From Armatimonadota bacterium (GTDB taxonomy: Bacteria > Armatimonadota > UBA10988), in assembly GCA_016235455.1 (NCBI GenBank), contig JACRKZ010000067.1, positions 64,001-128,000 on the forward strand: a DNA stretch of 64,000 nucleotides, in the 5' to 3' direction. Both the position numbers and the translations under genes were made by a program. How positions within the stretch are numbered: the first letter of the stretch is position 1; each line of letters begins with the position of its first letter. This document shows, one piece after another, positions 48,902-59,223 of this stretch. The notes under the pieces are model-generated. The model saw only the letters and a list, made by a program, of their open reading frames with translations, was not told the origin of the DNA and searched no databases.

Positions 48902-49178
48902 CAGCCTCCCCCAGGTTCGATGATCAGGGGATACGCGACCACGGTGATATGGCCTTCATATTGCTCCCCTCCCACCCAACCCAAGCCACCTGGCGCAGGC
49001 CCTCTGCCCGCGCGAGCTCGGACCGGGCACTCCGGCCGCCTGCCTCGCGCCGTTGTTTCCTATGGCGATACAGGGAACTTATCTGTGTACTTATAGGAAA
49101 TTGCCTGAGGCCGATTCTGCCACCGCCCACGCCAGATGCTGATGTGTCGATGCGCTTGCAGGAACAGCAGAAGTGCAC

Positions 49179-49233
49179 TTGACAACCATAGTCGGTGTGG
49201 CGCATAACAGTCACCATGTGATATCTGATCACG
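49179..49233 (+). promoter_or_regulatory. sigma70 promoter plus palindromic operator of the second prepilin gene
   Basis: TTGACA-N18-CATAAC; downstream ATGTGATATCTGATCAC (GATATC core; GTGAT-N5-ATCAC); AGGAG SD. Confidence 0.55.
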
Positions 49234-49247
49234 ATAGGAGACGCATC

Positions 49248-49937
49248 ATGAGTCGCAGACGAGCATTCACCCTCATCGAGCTGCTGGTGGTGATCGCGAT
49301 CATCGCCATTCTGGCGGCCATCCTCTTCCCCGTCTTCGCCAAGGCTCGCGAGAAGGCGAGGACCTCCAGTTGCGCCAGCAACGAGAAGCAACTGGTGCTG
49401 GGCCTCATTCAGTACAGCCAGGACTACGACGAGAAGTGGCCCGGCCGCGCCATCAACACCGAGGACTACCAGTGGCGCGTGCTGGTTCAGCCGTACCTGA
49501 AGAGCTCCCAGGTCTTCGTCTGCCCGTCCAACACCGCCAACGAGTGGGGCACGGGTGGCAACCAGGGCAACACGTACCGTCGCTCCTATGCCTGCAACGG
49601 CCATGACGCCTTCAACACGCCCATGCGCTGGAACAATGGACAGGCACTGGCGGCGCTGGTGGCGCCTTCCCAGACCATCCTGGTCTGCGAGAGCCGCGAG
49701 TGGTGGACGGAGATGAACCTGGACTATGTCGGCGCGAACTGGACCGGCCGCGGCCCGTCGCTGTTCTCCAGCCACATGTCCATGGGTAACTACGGCTTCT
49801 GCGATGGTCACGTCAAGGCCATGAAGGCCAGCCAGACTGCCACCACCACGATCTTCATGTGGGACCAGAACCCGCAGCAGGCCGCTCCGGCCAACATCAT
49901 CGCCAACATGCAGTCGGTGGACCAGCAGTCGCAGTAG
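49248..49937 (+). CDS. DUF1559 prepilin-type protein with H-X9-DG motif
   Basis: RRA|[60 protein letters not shown]. Confidence 0.93.
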   Translation: MSRRRAFTLIELLVVIAIIAILAAILFPVFAKAREKARTSSCASNEKQLVLGLIQYSQDYDEKWPGRAINTEDYQWRVLVQPYLKSSQVFVCPSNTANEWGTGGNQGNTYRRSYACNGHDAFNTPMRWNNGQALAALVAPSQTILVCESREWWTEMNLDYVGANWTGRGPSLFSSHMSMGNYGFCDGHVKAMKASQTATTTIFMWDQNPQQAAPANIIANMQSVDQQSQ

Positions 49938-49966
49938 CGCTGACCCAGCTACCGGCAAGGTCCGTT

Positions 49967-50007
49967 GCGCGGCCCCGCATCGATGATGCGGGGCCGCGCG
50001 CATTTCT
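49967..50007 (+). terminator. Intrinsic terminator after the second prepilin gene
   Basis: 15-bp stem GCGCGGCCCCGCATC/GATGCGGGGCCGCGC followed by GCATTTCT. Confidence 0.7.
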
Positions 50008-50067
50008 GGCCGCCGCCGCCGCCGCACCCACTCCCCATCTCCACCAATCCACGCTAAACTGCCACGC

Positions 50068-52905
50068 ATGTCGCACCCGAGTAACCTGGAACCAGCCCTC
50101 CGCGCGCGCGTGCGCGGCGAGGTCGCCTTCGACCGCCTGACCCGCGGCATCTACGCCACCGACGCCAGCCTCTACCAGATCGAGCCCATAGGTGTCGTGA
50201 CACCGGCGGATGAGGCCGACCTGGTGGCCACCGTGGCCTGCGCCGCCGAACATGGCATACCCATCCTGCCGCGCGCGGGCGGCACCAGCCTCGGCGGGTC
50301 GGCGGTCGGCGCCGCGCTGGTCATCGACGTCAGCCGGCACATGAACCAGTTGCTGGAAGTCAACGTCGCCGAGCGCTGGGCGCGCGTACAGCCGGGGCTG
50401 GTGCGCGACAACCTCAATGCGCTGCTCAAGCCGACGGGGCTGATGTACGCGCCCGACCCCGCCACGGGCAACCGCGCCTGTGTCGGCGGGATGATCGGCA
50501 ACAACTCCTCGGGCATGAGGAGCATCGTCCACGGCAAGACCGTCGACCATCTGCTGGCGGTCAAGGTGGTGCTGCCCGACGGACGCGTGACCTGGCTGGG
50601 CGAGCCCGAGCTGGACGACGAGGTCGCCGCCGAGTTGCGCGCGCGGGTCATGGCCATCGTCGACGCCCAACGCGACGAGATCGCGGCCAGATACCCCAAG
50701 ATCATGCGCCGCGTGCAGGGCTACAACCTCGACGAGCTGTGCGGCGACGCGCCCAACCTGGCCAAGCTCATCTGCGGCAGCGAGGGCACGCTGGCCACCA
50801 TCATCGAGGCCAAGGTCAACCTCGTGCCGCAGCCCCGTGCCGTGGCGCTGCTCGTGGCGCATTTCGACGACCTGCTGACCAGCTTGCGCGCCACCCAGGA
50901 GGTGCTCGGGCTCGGACCGTCCGCCGTGGAGATCATCGACGACACCGTGCTCGGCCTGGCCCAAAGCAGCGCCACCACCGCCGCGCTGTGTGACTGGATC
51001 CAGGGTCAGCCGCGCGCTATCCTGGCCATCGAGTTCTGCGGCGACGACGCGGCCGAGACCGTCGCGCGCGCGCAGGCCTGTGGCCAAAGCCTTCTGCAAG
51101 AAGGCTCAGCCTATGCCGTGACACAGATGCCCACCGCGGCGCAGCAGGCCCGGCTGTGGGCCGTGCGCAAGGCCGGGCTCGGCGTGATGATGCGCATTCG
51201 CGGCGACCGCAAGCCGATCCCGTTCATCGAGGACGGCGCGGTGCCCATCGCGGTGCTGCCCGAGTACATCGCCGGCGCGCTGGCCATCTGCGCGCGTCAC
51301 GAGACGCAGGTCACACTGTATGCCCATTGCAGCGTCGGGCTCATCCATCTGCGGCCCATCCTGTCCATGAAGGACGCGGCCGACATCGCCCGCATGAAGG
51401 CCATCGCCGACGAGACCTTCGAGCTCATCCGGAGCTTGGGCGGCTCGATCAGCGGCGAGCATGGCGATGGGCTGGCGCGCAGCAGCTACCTGGAGTGGTT
51501 CTTCGGGCCGACGCTCTACCAGGCGTTCCGCGAGGTGAAGGCGGTCTTCGACCCGCGCGGGCTGATGAACCCCGGCAAGATCGTCGATGGCCCGCCCATC
51601 GACCAGAACCTGCGCTACGGGCCGGACTACCGTAGCGCCGAGCCGGTCGGGCACTACGACTACAGCGTCACCGACGGCCTGCACCGCGCCGTGGAGACCT
51701 GCAACGGCGTCGGCGCCTGCCGCCAACTGCTGGCCGGCACCATGTGCCCCACCTACCGCGCCACGCGCGACGAGTCGCTGAGCACCCGCGCCCGCGCCAA
51801 CGCGCTGCGGCTGGGTCTCAACGGCACGTTCGACGGCATTGGCGACCCGGCGCTGGCGCCGGTGCTCGATACCTGCCTGGCCTGCAAGGCCTGCAAGACT
51901 GAGTGCCCCAGCAACGTCGACATGGCCCGCCTGCGCTCGGAGGCGCTGGCCGCGCGCCACGCCCAGCACGGCACGCCGCCGCGCGAGCACCTGGTGGTGG
52001 CCTCGCCGCGGCTGGCGCGACTGCTCAGCGGGCCGTTGGCGCCCATCGCCAACGCCGTCGCGGCCAGCCGGCCCGTGCGCTGGCTCAACGACAAGCTACT
52101 CGGCCTCGACGCCCGCCGCGTGCCGCCGGCCTATGCGCGCGTGCCGTTCGAGCGCTGGTTCGCCGCGCACCGCGCGCCCGATGGCGAACGACCGGAAGTG
52201 GTTCTGTTCGACGATACCTGGCTGCGATACCACGACACGGCCGTGGGCATCGGCGCGGTAGAGCTGCTGGAGAGCTGCGGCTACCGCGTGACCGTGGCCC
52301 GCGCCGGCTGTTGCCAGCGGCCGGCCATCAGCCATGGCAGCCTGGACACCGCGCGGCGCGAGGGCGAGAAGACGCTGCGCCGGCTTGACCGCTGGCTGCA
52401 GACGGGCGTGCCCGTCGTCTGCTGCGAGCCGAGTTGCGCCAGCGCCCTGACCGACGACCTGCCCAGCCTGATCGCCGACAAGGCTCTCGGTGCGCGCGCG
52501 ACGGCCGGCATCGCGATGATCGACGTGTTCCTGGCCAACGAACTGCAGTCGGGTCGGCTGGCGGCCACCTTCCGCTCCACCGCGCACCGCGTGCTACTGC
52601 ACGGCCACTGCCATCAGAAGGCGCTGTTCGGCACCCAGTCGATGACACGCATCCTCGCCCTGGTGCCCGGCCTGCGGGTGGACGAGGCCGACTGCGGGTG
52701 CTGCGGCATGGCCGGCTCGTTTGGCTATGAGCGCGAACATTACGAGCTGTCGATGCAGGTGGCCGAAGACCGGCTGCTGCCGGCGGTGCGCGCCGCGGGC
52801 GCCGATACGACGGTCGTGGCCTGCGGCTTCTCCTGCCGCCACCAGATCCTCGACGGCACGGGCGTGCGCGCGCGGCACTGGGTGGAGGTGGTGCGAGGAG
52901 GATGA
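50068..52905 (+). CDS. FAD-binding and (Fe-S)-binding oxidoreductase (GlcD/GlcF fusion, YdiJ-like)
   Basis: YATDASLY, RAGGTSL, GGMIGNNSSG, GSEGTL, SGEHGDG, MNPGKI, CNGVGAC, CLACKACKTECP, CCG domains. Confidence 0.92.
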   Translation: MSHPSNLEPALRARVRGEVAFDRLTRGIYATDASLYQIEPIGVVTPADEADLVATVACAAEHGIPILPRAGGTSLGGSAVGAALVIDVSRHMNQLLEVNVAERWARVQPGLVRDNLNALLKPTGLMYAPDPATGNRACVGGMIGNNSSGMRSIVHGKTVDHLLAVKVVLPDGRVTWLGEPELDDEVAAELRARVMAIVDAQRDEIAARYPKIMRRVQGYNLDELCGDAPNLAKLICGSEGTLATIIEAKVNLVPQPRAVALLVAHFDDLLTSLRATQEVLGLGPSAVEIIDDTVLGLAQSSATTAALCDWIQGQPRAILAIEFCGDDAAETVARAQACGQSLLQEGSAYAVTQMPTAAQQARLWAVRKAGLGVMMRIRGDRKPIPFIEDGAVPIAVLPEYIAGALAICARHETQVTLYAHCSVGLIHLRPILSMKDAADIARMKAIADETFELIRSLGGSISGEHGDGLARSSYLEWFFGPTLYQAFREVKAVFDPRGLMNPGKIVDGPPIDQNLRYGPDYRSAEPVGHYDYSVTDGLHRAVETCNGVGACRQLLAGTMCPTYRATRDESLSTRARANALRLGLNGTFDGIGDPALAPVLDTCLACKACKTECPSNVDMARLRSEALAARHAQHGTPPREHLVVASPRLARLLSGPLAPIANAVAASRPVRWLNDKLLGLDARRVPPAYARVPFERWFAAHRAPDGERPEVVLFDDTWLRYHDTAVGIGAVELLESCGYRVTVARAGCCQRPAISHGSLDTARREGEKTLRRLDRWLQTGVPVVCCEPSCASALTDDLPSLIADKALGARATAGIAMIDVFLANELQSGRLAATFRSTAHRVLLHGHCHQKALFGTQSMTRILALVPGLRVDEADCGCCGMAGSFGYEREHYELSMQVAEDRLLPAVRAAGADTTVVACGFSCRHQILDGTGVRARHWVEVVRGG

Positions 52906-52981
52906 ACGTCAACGGCTGGCACCGACAGCCCCGACCCTCGGGTCAGCGCCGGCGGTGCCAGCCGTGGCGGGCAGGGGCAGC

Positions 52982-53605
<624 letters not shown>

Positions 53606-53658
53606 GGTTACGATCTCCTCGCGCGACGATGGTACGGATACCCCATCACGCGAGGAGC

Positions 53659-53688
53659 ATTATGCCACATTTGAGATCGATCTCACAA
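53659..53688 (-). promoter_or_regulatory. Promoter of the third prepilin gene overlapped by a perfect LacI-type palindrome
   Basis: TTGTGA-N18-CATAAT with TG extension; TGAGATCGATCTCA (53672-53685) is a perfect 14-bp palindrome with central CG. Confidence 0.7.
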
Positions 53689-53694
53689 CCACCG

Positions 53695-54606
53695 TCAGCG
53701 CTCGAAGCTGGTCAGCTGCCAGAACTGCTCGAAGCGCAGGTCCACTTCCTCTTCGGTCAAGCTGCGCAGGCGATCGAGGCTGAAGTCTTCAGCGTTGTAG
53801 CTGGCCACGGTGCTGCCGTAGATGACCGCGCGGCGCAGAGCGGAGTCGCTGACGTCGTCGGCGCCGGCCAGATAGCCCATGAAGCCGCCCGCGAAGCAGT
53901 CGCCGCAGCCGGGCGGGTCGGTGACGGTCTCCAGCGGGAAGCCGGGCGCGGCGAACAGGCCGTCGGCGGTGAACATCAGCGCGCCGTGCTCGCCCTTCTT
54001 GACGATGGCCACGCTCGGGCCCATGGTCAGCAGCTTGCGGCCGGCGGCCACGAGGTTGTGCTCGCCAGTCAACATGCGCACTTCCTCGTCGTTGAGGAAG
54101 ATGGCGTTGACCTTGGCCACCACCTGCCGGAGCAGGTCGGGTGTGATGTCGATCCACAGGTTCATCGTGTCCAGGCCGATGAACTTGGCGCCGCTGGCCT
54201 GACCGAGCACGTCGAGCTGCAGCGCCGGATGGATGTTGGCCAGGAACAGGTAGGGCGTGTCGCGGTAGTTCGGCGGCAGCTTGGGCTGGAAGCTCTCGAA
54301 CACGTTGAGGTGCGTGAACAGTGTCTCCCGGCTGTTCATGTCGGCCGAGTAGACCCCACCCCACCAGAACGTCTGGCCGCCCTCGATGATCTCGATGCCG
54401 GCGGTGTCGATGCCGTGGCTGCGCATGAACTCGAGGTGCGCCGGGTCGAAGTCGTCACCGACCACACCCACCGCCTGCACAACGGTGAAGAACGACGCGG
54501 CGATGCCCGCGTACGTTGCCGCGCCACCCAGCGCCCGGTCGACCTTGCCATGAGGCGTCTCGACACTATCCAGCGCCACTGATCCAACCATCAACACATT
54601 CGCCAT
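53695..54606 (-). CDS. PfkB family carbohydrate/nucleoside kinase
   Basis: VGSVALD, LGGAATY, VGVVGDDF, DTMNLWI, KKGEHG, DPPGCGDCFAGGF. Confidence 0.92.
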   Translation of the reverse strand: MANVLMVGSVALDSVETPHGKVDRALGGAATYAGIAASFFTVVQAVGVVGDDFDPAHLEFMRSHGIDTAGIEIIEGGQTFWWGGVYSADMNSRETLFTHLNVFESFQPKLPPNYRDTPYLFLANIHPALQLDVLGQASGAKFIGLDTMNLWIDITPDLLRQVVAKVNAIFLNDEEVRMLTGEHNLVAAGRKLLTMGPSVAIVKKGEHGALMFTADGLFAAPGFPLETVTDPPGCGDCFAGGFMGYLAGADDVSDSALRRAVIYGSTVASYNAEDFSLDRLRSLTEEEVDLRFEQFWQLTSFER

Positions 54607-54629
54607 CAGGGTTGCCTCGCAATCAGGAT

Positions 54630-54705
54630 CATCCGCAGATATCGCAGATGAGCGCAGATGAGCGACAGATCAGGCATCTGCGTTCATCTGCGTCATCTGC
54701 GGATG
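54630..54705. repeat. Palindromic 9-bp-unit intergenic element, copy C
   Basis: CATCCGCAGATATCGCAGATGAGCGCAGAT ... ATCTGCGTTCATCTGCGTCATCTGCGGATG. Confidence 0.85.
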
Positions 54706-54714
54706 TTGTTGGCC

Positions 54715-56856
54715 CTAAGCCCGCAGCACAGCAGAGCAGGCCGTTTGTGCGTGCTCGACGATGCGGGCCATGGCCGCGTCCACTTCGACGTCGGTCAGGG
54801 TACGGTCGGGCAGCCGGAAGGTCAAGCCGTAGGCCAGGCTGCGCTGACCTTCGGGCAGGCCCTTGCCGCGGTAGACATCGAACAGCTTGAGCTCGGCCAG
54901 GTTGTCGGCCACCTCGCGGATGGCTGCTTCCACCGCCGCCTGCGGCACCTCGTCGGGCACCACCAGGGCGATATCGCGCAGCGCGGCGGGATAGCGGGGC
55001 AGCGGACGATAGGCGCGGCTCAGGTCCGACGCGGCGATCATCCGGCCCAGGTTGGCCTCGAACAGCACCACCGGCCGGCGGATGTCGTAGGCGTCCAGAA
55101 TGCCGTCGGCCACCTCGCCGAACACGGCGATGGTCTCGCCCGCCAGCTTGAGCTGGCCGCTGCGGCCCGGCTCGAACACCGGATCGTCGCACGGTTCCGC
55201 GGTCACGCCAGCCAAGCGCAGTTCGCCGCACAGCAGATCGAGCAGGCCCTTGACCTCGGTGATGTCGGCGCCGAGCTGCTCAGCGGGCATGTTCCAGGCG
55301 CTCGAATACAGGCGGCCCGTGACCGCGCCGGCCAGGGTCCGCTCCTCGGTGCAGGGCACCGGCAGGCTGGCCGCCGTGTGTCCCGTGGCGATGCGGCCGG
55401 CCTCTGCGGCGGTCTGGTCGGTCACGCGCGGGTCCAGCCCGGCGTAGGTTCGGCCGACCTCGAAGATGCGCACTTCGCCGCCGTGAGCGGTCATATTGCG
55501 ACCGACCACCTCCAGCATCGACGGCAGCATCGACCAGCGCATGACCGAGAAGTCGGTGGACAGCGCGTTCTCCAGGGTCACCGCGCCGATGGCGGCTGGA
55601 TCCTGGTTGTAGCCAGCGCGGGCCATGGCCTGCGGGCTGGTCAGGCTGAAGGTCCAGACCTCGTTGAGCCCAGCGGCCAGGCACAGGTCGCGTATGCGGC
55701 GCTCGGCCTTCTGCGCGCGGCTCAGCCGGCCGGTGCGCTGCGCCGCCGGCGGCAGCGTCATGGGCACGTTGTTGTAGCCATGCAGCCGCGCCACCTCCTC
55801 GATCAGGTCCACCTCGCGCGTCACGTCGGGCCGGTAGGTGGGCACCTCGACCGCCAACAGCCCGTCGATGATGGTCACCTCCATGCCCAGCGCGCGCAGG
55901 TAGCCAGCCATCTCGTCGCAGGTCAGCGCCAGACCCAGGAACGTGTTGCAGCGCGCCGGGCGCAACGTGATGGTGGCCGGCTCGATGGGCCGCACCAGCG
56001 CATCCACCACCCCGGTGACCACGGTGCCGCCGGCGCACTGGGCCAGCAACTGCGCGCAGCGGTCGGCGGCGCGGATGGTTCCGCCAGGGTCGACCACGCG
56101 GGCGAAGCGGTACGAGCTTTCGCTCTCCAGCCCCAGATTGCGTGCCGTGCGGCGGATGTTGGGCGCGGTGAAGTGAGCCGCCTCGATAAGCACGTTGCGC
56201 GTGGTGCTCGACACGGCAGTCGAAGCACCGCCCATCACGCCGGCCAGCGCCACGCCGTTGGCGCCGTCGGTGATCAGCAGGTTGCCGGGCGTGAGCTTGC
56301 GGTCCACGCCGTCGAGCGTACTCAGGATCTCGCCCTCGCGTGCGCGGCGCACGCCGATGTTCGGTCCCAGCAGGTCGTAGTCGAAGGCATGCAGCGGCTG
56401 ACCCAGCTCGAACATGACGTAGTTGGTCACGTCGACGAGAATGTCGATGGGCCGCTGCCCGCAGGCCAGCAGCTTGTCCTGCATCCACTGCGGCGAGGGG
56501 CCCGGCGTCACGCCCAGCACCAGCCGCGCCGAGTAGCGCGCGCACAGGTCCTCGGCCTCGATGCCCACGCGCACCCGCCCGTCGATGCGCTCGTCGGCGC
56601 TCTCGGGGACGGTCAGGTCGGGCATGACCAGCTCCGCGCCGGTCCGCGCCGCGACCTCGCGCGCCATGCCCAGGATGGACAGGCAGTCGCCGCGGTTCGG
56701 CGTCACTTCGGCCACGAGGACCTTGCCGCCCAGACCGCCGGGCGCGTCCTCGATCTCCTCAATCTCAATACCCAGGTCCGTGAGCATCTCGGCCAGCTGG
56801 TCAGCATCCAGCTCCGTGCGCACGTACTCTGAGAGCCACGCCATCGGAATCCGCAT
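54715..56856 (-). CDS. pheT: Phenylalanyl-tRNA synthetase beta subunit (no B2 domain)
   Basis: TPNRGDCLS, DVTNYVMFELGQPLHAFD, LAGVMGG, REVDLIEEVAR, FEVGR, RDIA, FDVY.G, DRTLTD. Confidence 0.96.
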   Translation of the reverse strand: MRIPMAWLSEYVRTELDADQLAEMLTDLGIEIEEIEDAPGGLGGKVLVAEVTPNRGDCLSILGMAREVAARTGAELVMPDLTVPESADERIDGRVRVGIEAEDLCARYSARLVLGVTPGPSPQWMQDKLLACGQRPIDILVDVTNYVMFELGQPLHAFDYDLLGPNIGVRRAREGEILSTLDGVDRKLTPGNLLITDGANGVALAGVMGGASTAVSSTTRNVLIEAAHFTAPNIRRTARNLGLESESSYRFARVVDPGGTIRAADRCAQLLAQCAGGTVVTGVVDALVRPIEPATITLRPARCNTFLGLALTCDEMAGYLRALGMEVTIIDGLLAVEVPTYRPDVTREVDLIEEVARLHGYNNVPMTLPPAAQRTGRLSRAQKAERRIRDLCLAAGLNEVWTFSLTSPQAMARAGYNQDPAAIGAVTLENALSTDFSVMRWSMLPSMLEVVGRNMTAHGGEVRIFEVGRTYAGLDPRVTDQTAAEAGRIATGHTAASLPVPCTEERTLAGAVTGRLYSSAWNMPAEQLGADITEVKGLLDLLCGELRLAGVTAEPCDDPVFEPGRSGQLKLAGETIAVFGEVADGILDAYDIRRPVVLFEANLGRMIAASDLSRAYRPLPRYPAALRDIALVVPDEVPQAAVEAAIREVADNLAELKLFDVYRGKGLPEGQRSLAYGLTFRLPDRTLTDVEVDAAMARIVEHAQTACSAVLRA

Positions 56857-56885
56857 CATGGTTCCGTACTCCAGACTGCTTGTTG

Positions 56886-56971
56886 ATCCACAGATGACAC
56901 CGATAACCTGGGTCGCCACCATCAGAACCGGTCAGCCGGCCCAATCTGTGTCATGTGTGCAATCTGTGGAT
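56886..56971. repeat. Palindromic 9-bp-unit intergenic element, degenerate copy D
   Basis: ATCCACAGATGACACCGAT ... ATCTGTGTCATGTGTGCAATCTGTGGAT between pheS and pheT. Confidence 0.75.
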
Positions 56972-56981
56972 GAGAACTGCC

Positions 56982-58001
56982 CTAGAACTGCCCCGTGAAC
57001 CGCAGGTCGCCCTCAAAGAACAGGCGGATGTCGTCGACGCCGTACTTGAGCATCGCCAGCCGCTCCATGCCCACGCCGAACGCGAATCCGGTGTAGGTCT
57101 CTGAGTCGTAGCCGACGTTGGCCAGGACCTGGGGGTCGACCATGCCGCAGCCGAGCACTTCCAGCCAGCGCGCGTCAGGGTCGTTCGGGTCGCGGCAGAT
57201 GCCCTCGCGCCCGTACCAGATGGCCATCTGGGCGCTGGGCTCGGTGAACGGGAAGTAGTCGGGCGTGAAGCGCACGATGGCGCCTTCGCCATACAGCTCC
57301 TGGGCCGTGGCGTACAAGATGCCCTTGAGGTCGCCGAAGCTCACGTCGCGGTCGACCAGCAAGCCCTCGCACTGGTGGAAGGTGTGGCAGTGCGTGGCGT
57401 CGACGGCGTCGCGGCGGTAGACGCGACCGGGCGCGATGATGCGCACCGGCGGCTCCTGGGTCTCCATGGTGCGGATCTGCACGGCCGAGGTCTCGGTGCG
57501 CAGAACCGTGGTGCCCTGGATGTAGAAGCTGTCGCGGCCGTCGCGCGCGGGATGGTCCTCGGGGATGGCCAGCGCGGTGAAGTTGTAGTAGCTCAGCTCC
57601 ACCTCGGGCCCTTCGGCCACGGAGAAGCCAAACCCGGTGAAGATGTCGACGAGGTCTTCCCAGATGAGCGTCAGCGGGTGCTTGCGCCCGGGCAGCGCCA
57701 GGCGGCCCGGCAGCGTCGGGTCGAACCGGCGCGCGGCGCCCGCGGCAGCCTTGCCGGCGGCCTCCAGCGCGGCCAGGCGCGCGTCGAAGCAGCCCTGCAC
57801 GCTCTGCTTGACCTGGTTGGCCAGCTTGCCGATGACGGGCCGCAGTTGGGCGGGCACATCCTTCATCTGCGGCAGGCCGACGGTCACCAGGCCCTGCTTG
57901 CCAAACACCTTGACCCGAGCTTCCTCCAGCGCCCGCAAGTCGGCGGCCGCCTCCAGGAGCGCCGTGGCCTCGGCTTCGAGCCGGCGAAGATCCTCTTCCA
58001 T
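56982..58001 (-). CDS. pheS: Phenylalanyl-tRNA synthetase alpha subunit
   Basis: HPAR, LRTETS, PGRVYR, FHQCEG, YFPFTEPS, WLEVLGCGMV, GFAFGVGMER; GGAGG SD. Confidence 0.97.
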   Translation of the reverse strand: MEEDLRRLEAEATALLEAAADLRALEEARVKVFGKQGLVTVGLPQMKDVPAQLRPVIGKLANQVKQSVQGCFDARLAALEAAGKAAAGAARRFDPTLPGRLALPGRKHPLTLIWEDLVDIFTGFGFSVAEGPEVELSYYNFTALAIPEDHPARDGRDSFYIQGTTVLRTETSAVQIRTMETQEPPVRIIAPGRVYRRDAVDATHCHTFHQCEGLLVDRDVSFGDLKGILYATAQELYGEGAIVRFTPDYFPFTEPSAQMAIWYGREGICRDPNDPDARWLEVLGCGMVDPQVLANVGYDSETYTGFAFGVGMERLAMLKYGVDDIRLFFEGDLRFTGQF

Positions 58002-58039
58002 CGCTACCTCCTCGTGCCATCCGAATCCAGCGGGCAGAC

Positions 58040-58326
58040 CACCAAAACGCACAACGCGCCACATCCTCGCAGGACGAAGACATGACGCGCCTCCGCGGTA
58101 CCACCCGCCTTACGCGATCGCAAACGCGATCACGCCGCTCTTGTCGGCCCGCTAACGGGGGCCAGGCGGGTGAGGCTTGTCACCTCACCGGTTCGGGAGT
58201 GAACTTCGGCTCGGGTCGCCGCGGTTGGCTCGCAGTCGGTGGCCAACCTCCCTGTTCCGGCGCTGGGGCAGGCCGGCTTGCGCCGGGACAGCCCTGTCCC
58301 TTGCTTACTCGTGCTCCGTCACAACC
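58040..58326 (-). ncRNA. T-box riboswitch (Phe) upstream of pheST
   Basis: T-box AAGGCGGGTGGTACCGCGG (58111-58093); specifier GAAG-UUC-A (UUC at 58203-58201); AGGGAG bulge; GACUGCGA distal loop; CCCGUUA stem IIA/B; terminator stem and U-tract. Confidence 0.92.
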
Positions 58327-58336
58327 TTTGTCGGCG

Positions 58337-59119
58337 CTACAGCGCCTCACCGCTTTGTCGCACACTCTCATAGAGCGCCACGGCCACGGCGATCGCCACG
58401 TTGAGCGACTCCGCGCCGCCGCGCATGGGCAGCTTGAGCCGGGGTGCCTCGTCCCACAGGGGGCTCGGCCCGTGCGCTTCGCTGCCGGCCACGATGGCCA
58501 GGGGTTGGGGCAACTCCGTGGTGAGGAGGTCCTGCCCAGACCCGGAATCCAATACTACCACGCCCCCACCCGTTTCAACCAACCAGTTTCGGGTCTCCTC
58601 GCCGCTCAACCGCATCCACGGCACGCGCACCACGGAGCCCGCGGAGGAGCGCACCACCTTGGGCGTGAGCGGGTCGGCGGTGCCTTCCAGCAGCACCACT
58701 CCGGCGCCGACAGCATCGGCCGTGCGCAGGATGGTGCCCAGGTTGCCGGGGTCTTGCACGCGGTCGACGAGCACCAGGCGCGACGGTCGCTGGCGGGTCA
58801 GATCGACCCGCGCGGGCGAGCGCACGATGGCCAACCAGCCCTGCGGGGTATCGGTGTCCATGACCGTGGCCAGCAGGCCGGGCTGCATCAGCTCGACCTT
58901 GACCTTGTCCGCCTTGAGCCGCGCGCGCAGCTCCTCGTGCGCCGTGGCGTTGGCCTCGATCAGCACAGCCTCGATGGTGCCACCCGCCTCCACCACGGTA
59001 CTCAACGCGCGTGGCCCCTCGACCAGAAACGCGCCCTCGGCGGCGCGGCCCTTGCGTGAGAGCAGGATGCGGGCACGCTTCAGGTACTGGTTCTGAGCAC
59101 TGGTGATCATGTGGGGCAT
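58337..59119 (-). CDS. TrmH/SpoU family RNA methyltransferase
   Basis: FLVEG, TPQG, DRVQDPGNLGTILRTADA, GSEAHG, LPM..ESLNVA. Confidence 0.93.
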   Translation of the reverse strand: MPHMITSAQNQYLKRARILLSRKGRAAEGAFLVEGPRALSTVVEAGGTIEAVLIEANATAHEELRARLKADKVKVELMQPGLLATVMDTDTPQGWLAIVRSPARVDLTRQRPSRLVLVDRVQDPGNLGTILRTADAVGAGVVLLEGTADPLTPKVVRSSAGSVVRVPWMRLSGEETRNWLVETGGGVVVLDSGSGQDLLTTELPQPLAIVAGSEAHGPSPLWDEAPRLKLPMRGGAESLNVAIAVAVALYESVRQSGEAL

Positions 59120-59168
59120 GGGTAGACTCCGCGGTGCGCCGGCCGGCCGGCGTTGCGCCGAAATGGCG

Positions 59169-59202
59169 ACGGAGCCCCCTTCGCGAGCGAAAAGGGCTCC
59201 GT
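59169..59202 (-). terminator. Terminator after rplT
   Basis: ACGGAGCCC..TTCGC GAG CGAA..GGGCTCCGT hairpin. Confidence 0.6.
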
Positions 59203-59223
59203 GCTAACTAGACAGCAGCCAGA

